Shown here one piece after another: positions 50,501-60,099 of a stretch of 64,000 nucleotides of DNA. Each line of letters begins with the position of its first letter. Position 1 is the stretch's first letter. The notes beneath the pieces were generated by a model. That model worked only from the letters and a program-made list of their open reading frames with translations. It made no database searches and had not been told where the DNA came from. The DNA comes from Candidatus Omnitrophota bacterium (GTDB taxonomy: Bacteria > Omnitrophota > Gorgyraeia > B26-G9 > JBDRCZ01). The stretch spans positions 2,199 through 66,198 of the forward strand of contig JBDRCZ010000051.1 in assembly GCA_043821285.1 (NCBI GenBank), read 5' to 3'. A program made the position numbers and the translations under genes.

Positions 50501-50591
50501 GATATTTAGCCCAGACAATCTCATAGATAAGGCCGGCCACCCCGGAAAGAAAAAAACAGAGATATAGTACGAAATTGTATTTTAATCGCAT
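47523..50591 (-). CDS. Fused MFS-type membrane domain / spermidine-synthase-like methyltransferase / C-terminal TPR protein
   Basis: About 500 aa of polytopic TM region. A PABS-like fold (VLVVGLGSGVT...DVIISEPSNPW...) follows. TPR-like helices run to the C-terminus. Confidence 0.75.
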   Translation of the reverse strand: MRLKYNFVLYLCFFLSGVAGLIYEIVWAKYLTLILGNTAYAHTLVLATFMTGLTLGSFLLGKFADRVKNRLSFFAWVEIGIALFCVFTPNLFVFSRNIYLAAAKNLSQFPVLIVITKFIISALIMLPPTILMGGTLPILSRFMIKALSVRGKIVARLYYLNSFGAVAGTIWAGFYLIYSFGLEFSIFIAVFINFFVGGAAIILNLLYRNISKKPRPFEKTPPQELSSVYQYVFTDKTVNIAKTGIFVSGFAAMLYEIVWIRLLSLILGSSTYSFSLMLAAFISGITLGSFLISRLMPKEKFTFFVFGICEILIGISLICTLPFYEKLPFIFSKLAAIFVRTPQTFPLYAGLKFLLSFTVMFIPTMFMGMTLPLVSKIASSKLQTLGKNIGSVFAANTSGNIAGAFATGLFIIPLIGLKYTLELGIIINLLLGMIVLFLDNSFKLKQKLICSFLVVCIFTSYKILVPDWNMAYFSTQAFRYPRNIKETFNDFSQEIKENNILFYQDGLNASVAVMHVVSASREERILFINGKPDASTGADMPTQILSAHLPLLLKPAAKDVLVVGLGSGVTCGSALLHPIKNLDLIEISRTVVEANKCFSSYNYNALRDARLNLHLEDAKTFLLRTDKKYDVIISEPSNPWISGIGALFSQEFYQECYNHLNKRGIMLQWVQTYEMNNETFALILQTFFSVFPHVSLWTTGIYDIFIIGSREEFTPDFIEMEKRLAEENITHDLFRIKVNDIFTLLSLQLSSSKSIAKLIPKNAAAVNSDYFPSLDYQAPLGLYTKISVSEKFIKMFDERKLPLENSVLLIKNYLGSAQINYNNLKNLYTYLHENPAYNNHFLISLVKKWHTKYPEDEQAALAFCSYNIEGLETSIRILKKLIFTDKKIEHIEQYAALAMNRYHTLQSFLLPEVFTETVENIKTCVDLSLDKKARFYYFLGKIYLSINDDKNALNFFNQAEKLITTKNAAKAQGINYEKFLADIAVTQLNCGNKAKARAYAKKILQRNKNHPRAAYIIEISGD

Positions 50592-50921
50592 CGGAATTTG
50601 CCTTTTTATTAGTTTATTTTTTCTTTATTCTAACAGAATTAATTATTTTGTGAAAGTAAAATGTGTGTAGATGCTAAGAGCCATAGTTTGTGCCTTTATT
50701 TTTTCAATCTCCCGCAAAGTTGCCGGAATGCCAAGCTGCTCATCACATCCGCCCAGGCGGATGACCGGAAAATGATTGCATTTTCCGTGTATGAAACAAT
50801 CTCGCAGCAAGCTGCAGGGTGGTTTCATTCGGCAGACAGGTATATTTTTCATTGTGTATAATTGACTTGCCATTTATCGCAACTTTGGTTAACATATTAA
50901 AGAAAGGCGCACAGAGGCAAA

Positions 50922-51665
50922 ATGGTAAAAATAGATAGGATTTTTATCAGCCGCGGTAAAGAGGTAGTGATTGGCATAAGTAGCGGGAGAAGAAATTTTG
51001 ATCTACGTGCGGGAAATTTCAAACAAGAAATAATCGCCGCCCGGCAGGAGTTTTTTCATCAACTGGGAATGGAGATTAATGATAGTGTTTTTTTAGAACA
51101 GGTTCATGGGGCGCGGGTTTTTCAGGTTTCAAAAAAACACCGCGGCCGCGGGAGCTTTAATTATCAGCACAGTATAAAAGGATCGGATGCCGCGGTTACT
51201 GATGAAGCGAATCTGGGACTGTGTATTTTAACCGCTGATTGCTTAAATATATTTTTTTATCAAAGAAGGTCTCAGGCTATTGGCATCTCTCATGCCGGCT
51301 GGCGTAGTACACAAAAACAGATCGCCGTAAAAACCGCCGAGAAATTAATAAATGTTTATAAAGGGGCAATCGTTGACCTTGAGGTATATATTGGCCCGGG
51401 GATTAGAAGATGCTGTTATGAGGTAAGCCGTAGTTTTAAGAAAATTTTTCCCGAGTCAACTGTTAGCCGGAGGGGGAAAGTTTATTTAGATTTAGCAGGA
51501 GAAAACATCTTACAGCTTAAACGTATCGGGGTATTAGCAAAGAATATCAAAGTCATCAGCCAATGTACGAGTTGTTTACACAGAAAATATTTTTCATACC
51601 GCCAGGGAGATATAAAAGAACGAATGATTGGGGTGATTGTTAAGAGAGACAAAAACAAAAAATGA
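50922..51665 (+). CDS. pgeF: Peptidoglycan editing factor PgeF / YfiH (laccase-domain, DUF152)
   Basis: LEQVHGARV, TADCLNIFFY, HAGWRST and C.YEV motifs conserved in the YfiH family. Confidence 0.75.
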   Translation: MVKIDRIFISRGKEVVIGISSGRRNFDLRAGNFKQEIIAARQEFFHQLGMEINDSVFLEQVHGARVFQVSKKHRGRGSFNYQHSIKGSDAAVTDEANLGLCILTADCLNIFFYQRRSQAIGISHAGWRSTQKQIAVKTAEKLINVYKGAIVDLEVYIGPGIRRCCYEVSRSFKKIFPESTVSRRGKVYLDLAGENILQLKRIGVLAKNIKVISQCTSCLHRKYFSYRQGDIKERMIGVIVKRDKNKK

Positions 51666-51758
51666 ATTTCGTATTTCCAGTTAGCCATTGATATATCTGT
51701 CATTATAGCATAGAAGATCGATAATGGTAATAGACGGGAACCGAGAAGGAGAGTAAAA

Positions 51759-53663
51759 TTGTCAGAACAATCTTATCGTCAAGTGCCGGTTAAAATTAAA
51801 GAAGCAATGTATCAAGCCCTGAAGCAGTATTGGGGATATAGCGCATTTCGCCCGCTGCAGGAGGTGATTGTTGGCGCGGTTTTAAACGGAGAAGAATCCC
51901 TTACGGTTTTGCCCACCGGCGGCGGGAAATCTTTGTGCTATCAGCTTCCGGCATTGCTTGTTCAGGGCATGGCGGTAATTATTTCTCCGCTGATTTCTTT
52001 GATGAAAGATCAGGTCGATAGTCTGAGAGAAATGGGAATTGCCGCGGCCTATCTTAATTCCAGCCTCCTGACAGAAGAGCGTGTTTCACTGGTCAGACGG
52101 ATTAAAGCAAAAGAAATAAAATTACTTTATATCTCTCCGGAAGGTCTGCAAAAAGAGGGAATGATTGATTTATTGCAGAAAACGCCGCTTTCTTTTTTCG
52201 TGATTGATGAAGCACATTGTATTAGCCACTGGGGGCATGACTTTCGCGAAGATTACCGAAATTTAAAGATTATAAAACAATGCCTTCCGAATGTAAATCT
52301 GCATGCATTTACGGCTACGGCGACGATCGAGGTGCAGCGGGATATTATCGAACAATTACAGTTTCAAAATCACCGCACTTTTGTTTCCCCGGTAGACCGG
52401 ATAAATTTAACCTACCGGGTAAAACCACGCGCACAGTTAATTTTCCAATTAAAAGAAATTCTGGAAAAACATCCCAACGAACCAGGGATTGTTTATTGTT
52501 TGCGCCGGGATGACGTGGATCGGATTTCTTTAGAACTTAATGAATTAGGTTATAAGAATTTGCCTTATCATGCCGGACTTTCTGATGAACGGCGCCATCG
52601 GCATCAGGATGCATTTTTGCAGGAAGAAGTTGATATCATTGTCGCAACGATTGCTTTTGGCATGGGGATTGACCGTTCAAATATTCGTTTTATCATTCAT
52701 GCGGCTATGCCCAAGAGTATCGAACATTACCAGCAGGAAACCGGCCGCGCCGGCCGTGACGGGTTGCCGGCATATTGTTATATGTTTTATGGCGGGGGAG
52801 ATTACCGCACCTGGAGCTTTTTTGCCGGACAGTCGCCTAACCGCACGGTGATGCTCGATAAACTTAATTTTATGTATAATTTTTGCTCGCGGCCGCAGTG
52901 TAAACATCAGGCGTTAACAAATTATTTTGGACAAAGCTATGAAAAACATTCATGTAATAGTTGTGATTATTGTTTAGGAGAAGTGGAGATGGTGGAGGAC
53001 CCTTTAGATGTTGGACAGAAAATATTATCGTGTGTGGAACATGTTAAACATGGAGAGAACCGGGGATTTGGCGCCGGGTATATTGCCAATTTATTAAAAG
53101 GAAATTTAACCGAACAGATTGAACGGTGGGGACATCATCATCTGCCGGCTTTTGGTACGATGGCAGAAAAATCATTGGCCTATATCCGTTATATGACCGA
53201 GCAGTTAATCGGGCAGGGATTTTTACAGCGTGAAGCGGAATACGCCATGCTTTTTTTGACGGAGCTGGGGGGAGAGGTTTTACAAGGCAAATTAACCCCG
53301 GTTCTAGCAAAACCCCTTGTGGCAAAAAAGAAAAAAGAGATTTCCCGGATGAGTAAAGAAAGAAGAGAGCAGGAATGGGGAGATATTGATAAACAATTAT
53401 TTGAAGATTTACGTAATAAAAGGGCAGAGCTGGCAAGAGAGCAGAATGTTCCGGCCTTTATTATTTTTGCCGATACTTCATTGAAAGATATGGCGGCAAA
53501 AATGCCTACGACCAAACAGGCTTTTGCTAATGTCTTTGGCGTGGGAGAACAGAAATTAAAGGCGTATGCCGAGCATTTCATTACGGTGATTGAACAATAC
53601 CGGCTTAGTTCAGAACCTGAAGCGGATAATCAAGGGCAGGAAAAGGCAGCAAAGGTGTCTTAA
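51759..53663 (+). CDS. recQ: ATP-dependent DNA helicase RecQ
   Basis: DEAD/DEAH helicase motifs (TGGGKS, DEAH), the RQC zinc-binding cysteines, and a C-terminal HRDC domain. TTG start with an AAGGAGAG RBS. Confidence 0.9.
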   Translation: MSEQSYRQVPVKIKEAMYQALKQYWGYSAFRPLQEVIVGAVLNGEESLTVLPTGGGKSLCYQLPALLVQGMAVIISPLISLMKDQVDSLREMGIAAAYLNSSLLTEERVSLVRRIKAKEIKLLYISPEGLQKEGMIDLLQKTPLSFFVIDEAHCISHWGHDFREDYRNLKIIKQCLPNVNLHAFTATATIEVQRDIIEQLQFQNHRTFVSPVDRINLTYRVKPRAQLIFQLKEILEKHPNEPGIVYCLRRDDVDRISLELNELGYKNLPYHAGLSDERRHRHQDAFLQEEVDIIVATIAFGMGIDRSNIRFIIHAAMPKSIEHYQQETGRAGRDGLPAYCYMFYGGGDYRTWSFFAGQSPNRTVMLDKLNFMYNFCSRPQCKHQALTNYFGQSYEKHSCNSCDYCLGEVEMVEDPLDVGQKILSCVEHVKHGENRGFGAGYIANLLKGNLTEQIERWGHHHLPAFGTMAEKSLAYIRYMTEQLIGQGFLQREAEYAMLFLTELGGEVLQGKLTPVLAKPLVAKKKKEISRMSKERREQEWGDIDKQLFEDLRNKRAELAREQNVPAFIIFADTSLKDMAAKMPTTKQAFANVFGVGEQKLKAYAEHFITVIEQYRLSSEPEADNQGQEKAAKVS

Positions 53664-53710
53664 CCCCGCGATGATTAAACACCAATGATGGAGAGTTTAT
53701 TATATTCTAC

Positions 53711-54148
53711 TTAATCTTCCTTGGTTCTGGGTTGTCCAAGATAGGCCTTATCTAATAATTTATTGATCAGGGATACCAAAGGCCAGAATTTATCATTCTT
53801 TCTGATCGTGATATGTTGCCCCCCTCCGTTTTTAAGACGCTCGCCTAATTCGTTTATTATCCGATCAAAAGGACCGATTATTGCGTGAGTTATCCGGTAA
53901 ACAAAGATGAGCATTACTGAGATATAAACCGGCGCCAGCGCTAATAATATTATGATCACCTTCCGGGCCGCAGGGATAATATTATAGGCAATAGATTCGG
54001 GGATAGCAAATTGACTGGCGGTAATATTAAAGATTAGATAATAAAGGACAATTGTAACAATAATTGTTGGTGATGAAACTGCCATGAGGACAAGCAGGAA
54101 GATATTCCGGTGCATTTTATTGGCAAATATTTTTTTTCTTTTATTCAT
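53711..54148 (-). CDS. Hypothetical small membrane protein
   Basis: Two or three N-terminal TM helices. Overlaps the upstream gene by 4 nt. Confidence 0.4.
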   Translation of the reverse strand: MNKRKKIFANKMHRNIFLLVLMAVSSPTIIVTIVLYYLIFNITASQFAIPESIAYNIIPAARKVIIILLALAPVYISVMLIFVYRITHAIIGPFDRIINELGERLKNGGGQHITIRKNDKFWPLVSLINKLLDKAYLGQPRTKED

Positions 54149-54825
54149 TTTTTATACCCCACCTTTATATCTTTATATAATGTCTCAGCCGTAGATAATG
54201 TATTATCGGTATCTGTCATTAAGGCAATGGCGCCGACATAATCAGAAGGAAATGTGCCAAAGGCTTTGTTATAGTCTTCATAGATATTATGTTCTTCAAA
54301 GATCCATTTGCCGATTTTTTCTCTACCGGATTGTGCGACGATTAATTTAATATTATGGAAATAAGGACTGGATAGTATTGTTCCTTCGGGTAGGCTTTCA
54401 TCCCAGATATATTCGATGCTCTTTGTATGGGTAAAAATCCAACTGGGAAATATAACGTATACCCTGCCGGCATAATCATCTTTTTCGATCCAACCCTTCT
54501 TTGTACCGTCAATTGTTTCTTTTTCAGGAAATTTTAATACCTTCCATTGCCAGCTGATCATCGGGAGTTCTCGGGGATGGAACTTTATTTTATAAAATAA
54601 ACCGGAACAGGACTCGGTGCTTTTGGCTAAAAGATAACCGCCTTCCTTGATCGGTTCGACCAGGTACAACACTTTGTTTTTAAATACCTTTTCTTCCCAT
54701 TCCCCTAATGCATCCTTTTTATTAAACGGGAACAATTTGGGCAGGTCAAAGCTGTAGGTATAATGAATAAATAAGGTTGATAATATTAACAATATCAAAA
54801 GATAAATAAATCTTCTTCTACGCAT
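54145..54825 (-). CDS. Hypothetical secreted/membrane-anchored protein (possibly DUF3047-like)
   Basis: N-terminal signal/anchor. Trp-rich conserved segments (W.EK.F...Y..V.., ISWQWKV). Confidence 0.4.
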   Translation of the reverse strand: MRRRRFIYLLILLILSTLFIHYTYSFDLPKLFPFNKKDALGEWEEKVFKNKVLYLVEPIKEGGYLLAKSTESCSGLFYKIKFHPRELPMISWQWKVLKFPEKETIDGTKKGWIEKDDYAGRVYVIFPSWIFTHTKSIEYIWDESLPEGTILSSPYFHNIKLIVAQSGREKIGKWIFEEHNIYEDYNKAFGTFPSDYVGAIALMTDTDNTLSTAETLYKDIKVGYKK

Positions 54826-54967
54826 GCTTTTATTTTAATTCAAATAAAGAAAATAGTCAAATATTACTTAGCTTTTTAATAAAAATCTTGAAAAAATCAT
54901 GGGGTTTTATTATAATATTTATTATAAGGGCATTGATATTTTGGCCGGCTCATGAGGAGGTGGAAAT

Positions 54968-55036
54968 ATGGGGTGTGGGACTTGCAGACCAAAGAAGAAA
55001 GCAAAGAAAAAAGCTGCTAAAAAGAAAAAGAGATAA
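54968..55036 (+). CDS. Small 22-aa poly-Lys peptide with a CxxC motif (MGCGTCRPKKKAKKKAAKKKKR), not in the ORF track
   Basis: A perfect GGAGGTGGAAAT-ATG RBS, an in-frame TGA just upstream, and a TAA stop. Lies immediately upstream of the ABC transporter genes. Confidence 0.4.
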   Translation: MGCGTCRPKKKAKKKAAKKKKR

Positions 55037-55180
55037 CATAAACCATTAACTTAATTCTCTATGGTCTTGTCGCAGATCCGCGGTGGCGGAGCTGAAACTA
55101 ATTTCGCTTCACGGTCGGAAAATGCAGTGCATTTTCCGAACATGAAGATACCCTGTCTCAAGAGACGGGGGAGATGCATT

Positions 55181-55936
55181 ATGGAAAATATAATCCTCGT
55201 AGAAAATTTGCGGGTTGTTTATAAACCGAGTGGGGGAATGACTAAATCAGCGCTAAAAGATGTGAGCTTTAGGGTGAGGCCGGGAGAAATATTTGGTTTT
55301 TTAGGACCGAATGGAGCCGGGAAAACTACCGCAATTAAGGTAATCCTGGGATTAGTCAGACCGGCCCAGGGCCGGGTAGAGGTTTTAGGCCGGCCCTGCG
55401 GAGATATTAAAAGTCATTATCAATTAGGGTATATGCCGGAAATTGCTTATTATTATCAATATCTTACCCCGCAAGAACTGCTGTTCATGTATGGCCGATT
55501 GCTGAAATTAAGTAAAAACACAATAAAAGAACGTACGGATTATCTGCTGGATATTGTGGGGCTTATTGACAGCCGGAATATCCTGATGAAAACCTTTTCT
55601 AAAGGCATGATGCAAAAGGTAAGTTTAGCACAGGCATTGCTAAATGAACCGGAACTGTTAGTTCTTGATGAACCGACTTCCGGCTTAGACCCAATTGCCC
55701 GGATGAAGGTACGGGACATTATCCGGGATTTAAAATCAAAAAACAAAACGATATTTTTTTCATCGCATGAGCTCTCAGAGGTAGAAACCGTAAGTGATAA
55801 CATTGGAATTTTACATGAGGGAAATTTGTTAAAAATTGGTAAACTCAATGAAGTGCTTAATGAACGCGGACAGCATGAGAGCCTGGAAAAATATTTTTTA
55901 AGAATAATTCAGAAAGAGATATGTTTAAATCTTTAA
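55181..55936 (+). CDS. ABC transporter ATP-binding protein (ABC-2 type)
   Basis: Walker A GPNGAGKTT, ABC signature LSKGMMQKVSLAQ, Walker B LLVLDEPTSGLD. ATG at 55181 with a GGGGGAG RBS. Confidence 0.85.
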   Translation: MENIILVENLRVVYKPSGGMTKSALKDVSFRVRPGEIFGFLGPNGAGKTTAIKVILGLVRPAQGRVEVLGRPCGDIKSHYQLGYMPEIAYYYQYLTPQELLFMYGRLLKLSKNTIKERTDYLLDIVGLIDSRNILMKTFSKGMMQKVSLAQALLNEPELLVLDEPTSGLDPIARMKVRDIIRDLKSKNKTIFFSSHELSEVETVSDNIGILHEGNLLKIGKLNEVLNERGQHESLEKYFLRIIQKEICLNL

Positions 55937-56691
55937 TTATTGCCCAAAATGTCCTGCGGGAGTCATTACGCAAAAAAGATTTTTATGTCTTTTTGATATT
56001 TTTGCTTATTTTGGTGGTTTTTTTGGCAAATATCAATATGTTTAATGTTTCCGGTATTTCGCGTTATCTTAAAGAAATGTCTTTGGAAATGGCTTATCTT
56101 TTTAGTCTGATTATTGTTATCGTCTTTAGTGCTAAACTTATGCCGCAGGAACTTGGTGCAAAGACAATATATCCGCTGCTGGCAAAACCGGTGAGCCGCA
56201 GAGATGTGCTCGCGGGTAAATTTCTTGGGGCATGTTTTATTGCCGGTGTTTGTTTTAGTATCTTTTATTCTCTGATTGGTATTGCTGCGGCACTTAAAGG
56301 TGAAGGATTTTCGCTGGATTTATTTTTTCAGGGATATATTTTATGGAGCCTGCAGCTAATGCTTATGGCGGCAATGGTAATCTTTTTTTCAATGCACTTG
56401 ACCGTTTCGGCAAATATAACCCTTAGTTTTTGTATTTATTTTTTGATGAACTGGTTTGGCCCGCATATTCGAGAAATATCTTTTATGTTAAATAAGACCA
56501 GCGGCATTGTGCTGTCGCTATTTTATTATCTCCTGCCGCATTTTGAATTTTATGATCTACGTACCAGAATGGTACATATGTGGACTCCTTTACCGGCATT
56601 TATTATGGGCTACATTATGCTTTATACACTTATCTATGTACTATTATTAATTTCCGCAGCGATTTATTCCTTTAAGAAAAAAATATTATGA
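55921..56691 (+). CDS. ABC-2 family permease
   Basis: Six predicted TM segments. Overlaps the ATPase gene. Confidence 0.7.
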   Translation: MFKSLIIAQNVLRESLRKKDFYVFLIFLLILVVFLANINMFNVSGISRYLKEMSLEMAYLFSLIIVIVFSAKLMPQELGAKTIYPLLAKPVSRRDVLAGKFLGACFIAGVCFSIFYSLIGIAAALKGEGFSLDLFFQGYILWSLQLMLMAAMVIFFSMHLTVSANITLSFCIYFLMNWFGPHIREISFMLNKTSGIVLSLFYYLLPHFEFYDLRTRMVHMWTPLPAFIMGYIMLYTLIYVLLLISAAIYSFKKKIL

Positions 56692-57506
56692 TTCTCAAAG
56701 GGAAAACTATCCTTTTTTTACCGCTGTTAATCCTGATTCTCTCGATAAACCTTGATACGTATTTTTTCGACGATAATTTCAAAAAAGGCATCAGAGAAAA
56801 AGATATCTTATTTAAGGCAATCGGCAGTTTTCGGGAGTCAATCGGCGCGATGGTCTGGCTGAAAACTGATGAATATTTTCATGGGGGTATTCCGCGGCCA
56901 AAAGAAGAAAAATGTTTAGAACAAGGGATGGACGCGGAGCATGAGCATGAACATAAAGAAAGACATAGCACAGATGTGGTCAGGTTAGCCGGAGATGATT
57001 TTATCGCGTTGATTAACCATTATGTATCAATTGCCGAACATAAACACTTAAGCAGCCAGCAGGAAAAAGAAATTGTTCCTTGGTTTATGCTGGCAGCAAA
57101 AATTGACCCGCATAATATTCAGGCATATGTTGTGGGCGGTTACTGGCTTGGGGAGAGACTGGGACGTCCGGACGAAGCATTACAGTTTTTGGAGGAAGGA
57201 AGGATGAATAATCCTGACGAGTGGCAGATTTATGAGCAATTTGGGGACATTTACTATCGTGCAAAGCAGGATTATTTAAAAGCGGCAAATTATTTTAAGA
57301 TGTGTTATCGCCTGATGACGGGTGAAAACTCAACCGTTCATGACCGAAAGAGAATATTGACCTTTTTAGCGGCAAGCTACGAGAAGATAGAGGAGTATTC
57401 TTTAGCCATAGAATATTTTAAATTGCTTAAGCAGTTAGAGAGCACCGCCGGGGATATTGACAAACGCATTAAACATCTGGAAGAACTGAACAGAAAGTTA
57501 AATTGA
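56688..57506 (+). CDS. Secreted TPR-like protein with a His/Glu-rich segment (DAEHEHEHKERH)
   Basis: Signal peptide. TPR-like C-terminus. Overlaps the permease stop. Confidence 0.5.
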   Translation: MILKGKTILFLPLLILILSINLDTYFFDDNFKKGIREKDILFKAIGSFRESIGAMVWLKTDEYFHGGIPRPKEEKCLEQGMDAEHEHEHKERHSTDVVRLAGDDFIALINHYVSIAEHKHLSSQQEKEIVPWFMLAAKIDPHNIQAYVVGGYWLGERLGRPDEALQFLEEGRMNNPDEWQIYEQFGDIYYRAKQDYLKAANYFKMCYRLMTGENSTVHDRKRILTFLAASYEKIEEYSLAIEYFKLLKQLESTAGDIDKRIKHLEELNRKLN

Positions 57507-58440
57507 TGAAAAGTTTAAAAACAATTATTCCTCATTATTTTTTAGCTACGGATTTACACGGATGGAACACGGATTTTTAATAATTAATTCATTTTTTGAC
57601 CCGTTTACCCTATTTTATACCCTCCCCGGATTTAATCAAAAGATTTTTTCTAAAAAAGATTGGGATAGGTTTAACATTGCAACGCTAATAGGGCAAGCGG
57701 TATAAGGTATTTAAGGATTCATTTTATTTTTAACAACAAATATCACCAATTACACGAATATGGTAAGTATCTTTTATTTGTGATGTTTGTGTGATTTGTT
57801 GTTTAAAAAAAAATTATTTTTTATGCTCTAATGTAAAGCTCAGCAATACGTTGTAAATTTTTTTATTCTCACACAGAGCCACAGCGCTCACAGAGTTTTT
57901 TTTAATTTCTGACCAGCTGGTACAGACTTTTCTGCGTATTGATTATTGTTTTAAATATTATCGGAAAGATATTTAAATTTTTTCTCATCCTTGGGATATT
58001 CGCAGCCTTGATTGTTTGGTTGATGATTAAATTTAATCTTATCAGTTTTTGAACCTAAGACATAAGACAGAAATTTTTGATTTTTATTAATCCCCCGCCA
58101 AGCCACAAAGCTTACAAGAAAAATTTATGTAGATAATTTTTTGTTCCCCGCCCAAAAAAATATTTTTGTTTTGAATTTAGTTTATGTTTAGAGTAAAATA
58201 TATGCTGTATATCGTATGTCGTGAGGCTTGTTGTTAAGCGGGTACCGTTTGTCGGTACAGAGAGTGGATAGAAATATACAACGGGACTTTGTCTCAAGGT
58301 CTGTGATCATCCCTGCCTGTGGCAGGCAGGAGTATCTTTCAATCTGCGATCATGAGGAAAAAGAAGAGAAAGAGTTGTTTCCGCTTGTAAAGAAATATGA
58401 GGTTGAGTTAGAATAATATGGCGGCCAGTAGTGATTAGAT

Positions 58441-59223
58441 ATGATAGATACGTATTGCGTGAAAAAAATATTAATTTTTTTAGTGATTGTTTTAACCGCG
58501 CAGGTTAGTTATGCCGAAGAAACTGGGGAAAAGACATGGAATAGAATTCTCGGGATCGGATGGTTAGCGTATAATGGCCCGTATAAAGATAAAGACGCTG
58601 ACCTGGCACCGGTTTTGATTACCTTTTGGCAGCAAGACCGGGTTTTTATCCGTGGGTCAAAAGCCGGGTATGTCGTGGGAAAACTAAAAGACTTAAATCA
58701 AACAGAGATTGACCTGTATATTGAACCGCGCTTTATGGGATATTCTGCCGAAGATAGTGCTGTGTTTCAAGGGATGTCTGATAGAAAATATTCAGCGGAT
58801 ATTGGGGTGCAGTTTAAAGGGAAGCTGCCGGATTTAAAAGATGTATCCGTTAATGTTTCCCTGTCCACGGATTTACTGGCTAAGCATGAAGGTCAGGAGA
58901 TAAAACTTGAGTTGTTAAAATCCTTTGACCATGGCTTTTATTTTTTAAGACCAGGGATCGGGGTGGAGTGGCAAAGCAAGGATATGGTGGATTATTATTA
59001 TGGGGTGTGCGGAGAAGAGGTGACGACAATTAGGTTTGAATATTCGCCGAATGATGCGATAAATTTTTATACGGGCATAGATGGTTATCTGGGCTTGTCC
59101 GAGAACTGGCTTTTAGTAGGAAATGTCTGTGTTTATTTTTTGCATAAGGCAATTAAGAATAGCCCGATTGTGGATAGTGCATATGCCCTGCGCGGGATTG
59201 TTGGGGTTAGTAGAAAATTTTGA
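58441..59223 (+). CDS. MipA/OmpV-family outer membrane protein
   Basis: Signal peptide and an alternating beta-strand pattern. Family-like segments (GIGWLAYNGPYKDKDAD, LYIEPRF, GYSAEDS). Confidence 0.55.
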   Translation: MIDTYCVKKILIFLVIVLTAQVSYAEETGEKTWNRILGIGWLAYNGPYKDKDADLAPVLITFWQQDRVFIRGSKAGYVVGKLKDLNQTEIDLYIEPRFMGYSAEDSAVFQGMSDRKYSADIGVQFKGKLPDLKDVSVNVSLSTDLLAKHEGQEIKLELLKSFDHGFYFLRPGIGVEWQSKDMVDYYYGVCGEEVTTIRFEYSPNDAINFYTGIDGYLGLSENWLLVGNVCVYFLHKAIKNSPIVDSAYALRGIVGVSRKF

Positions 59224-59396
59224 TATAACTTCGTATTGAGTATTGCGTATCGAGTATTAAGCATAAAAAGACGATAATAAAAAACGCAATACTCACGACG
59301 CAATACACAATACAGAAAATTACGTTACTGTAACCGATACCAAAATGCTGAAGAACTACTCTATCGGCAGGCATTTGGCAAGGAGCGGATGTAGGC

Positions 59397-59942
59397 ATGG
59401 CGCGGGTACGCGGGATACATATTATTGCTATTTTAGAGTATCTTAAGAAAAAAGGGGTAAATAACCAGGTTTTATCTGCTTTGGGTGAACAGAAATATAA
59501 GATTGATCACGGACTAAACCCCTATGAATGGTATTCGATTGAAGAAATAGAAACCCCCTTACTTGAGGCCGCGGATAAGATTATTGGCAAAGGTAATGAA
59601 CAGTTTTTTATTGATATGGGCTGGTATGATGCGGAGTATAATGCGAAGTGGTATCTTAAGCTCTTTTTTAAATTCATATCACCCTCGGGAATGATCAAGA
59701 AACTGCCGACCTTATGGAGTATATACTTTGATACCGGCGGGATTAATATTATCTCCTTAGATAAAAATTCTGCCATGTGCCGGTTGATAGATATTCATAC
59801 CATATCTTTGCTTGATCTTAAAATTAAAGGCTGGATTCTCTATGCCTTAGAAAAGGCCGGGGCAAAAAATGTGCGATGTGATATCACTAAAGGCAGCGAA
59901 AATAATAAGGAATATACGGAGTTGGGGATGGAATGGGAGTGA
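59397..59942 (+). CDS. Hypothetical sensor-like protein upstream of the histidine kinase
   Basis: 181 aa, no firm motif. A weak H-NOX-like N-terminal pattern, but no Y-x-S-x-R motif. Confidence 0.4.
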   Translation: MARVRGIHIIAILEYLKKKGVNNQVLSALGEQKYKIDHGLNPYEWYSIEEIETPLLEAADKIIGKGNEQFFIDMGWYDAEYNAKWYLKLFFKFISPSGMIKKLPTLWSIYFDTGGINIISLDKNSAMCRLIDIHTISLLDLKIKGWILYALEKAGAKNVRCDITKGSENNKEYTELGMEWE

Positions 59943-60099
59943 GGTAAAATGACAAAATCCAAATTTCAAATGAATCATTCAACAAAAAAATGACAAATGA
60001 AAGACAAAAGAATCGATTTTTTAAGATTAAAATATTTAGAGATTTATTTGGATTTTGGGTTTTGATATTTGGAATTCTTTGCGGGGTGAGGAGCAAAGC

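Noticed and set aside
58112-58416. Two ~60-aa ORFs (58112-58297 minus, 58228-58416 plus) in the long non-coding region
   Set aside because: Mutually overlapping on opposite strands, with no RBS. The region is better explained as regulatory or ncRNA DNA.
59397-59942. Calling the 181-aa protein an H-NOX heme sensor
   Set aside because: There is only a loose N-terminal pattern resemblance. The proximal His context and the Y-x-S-x-R propionate-binding motif are not evident.
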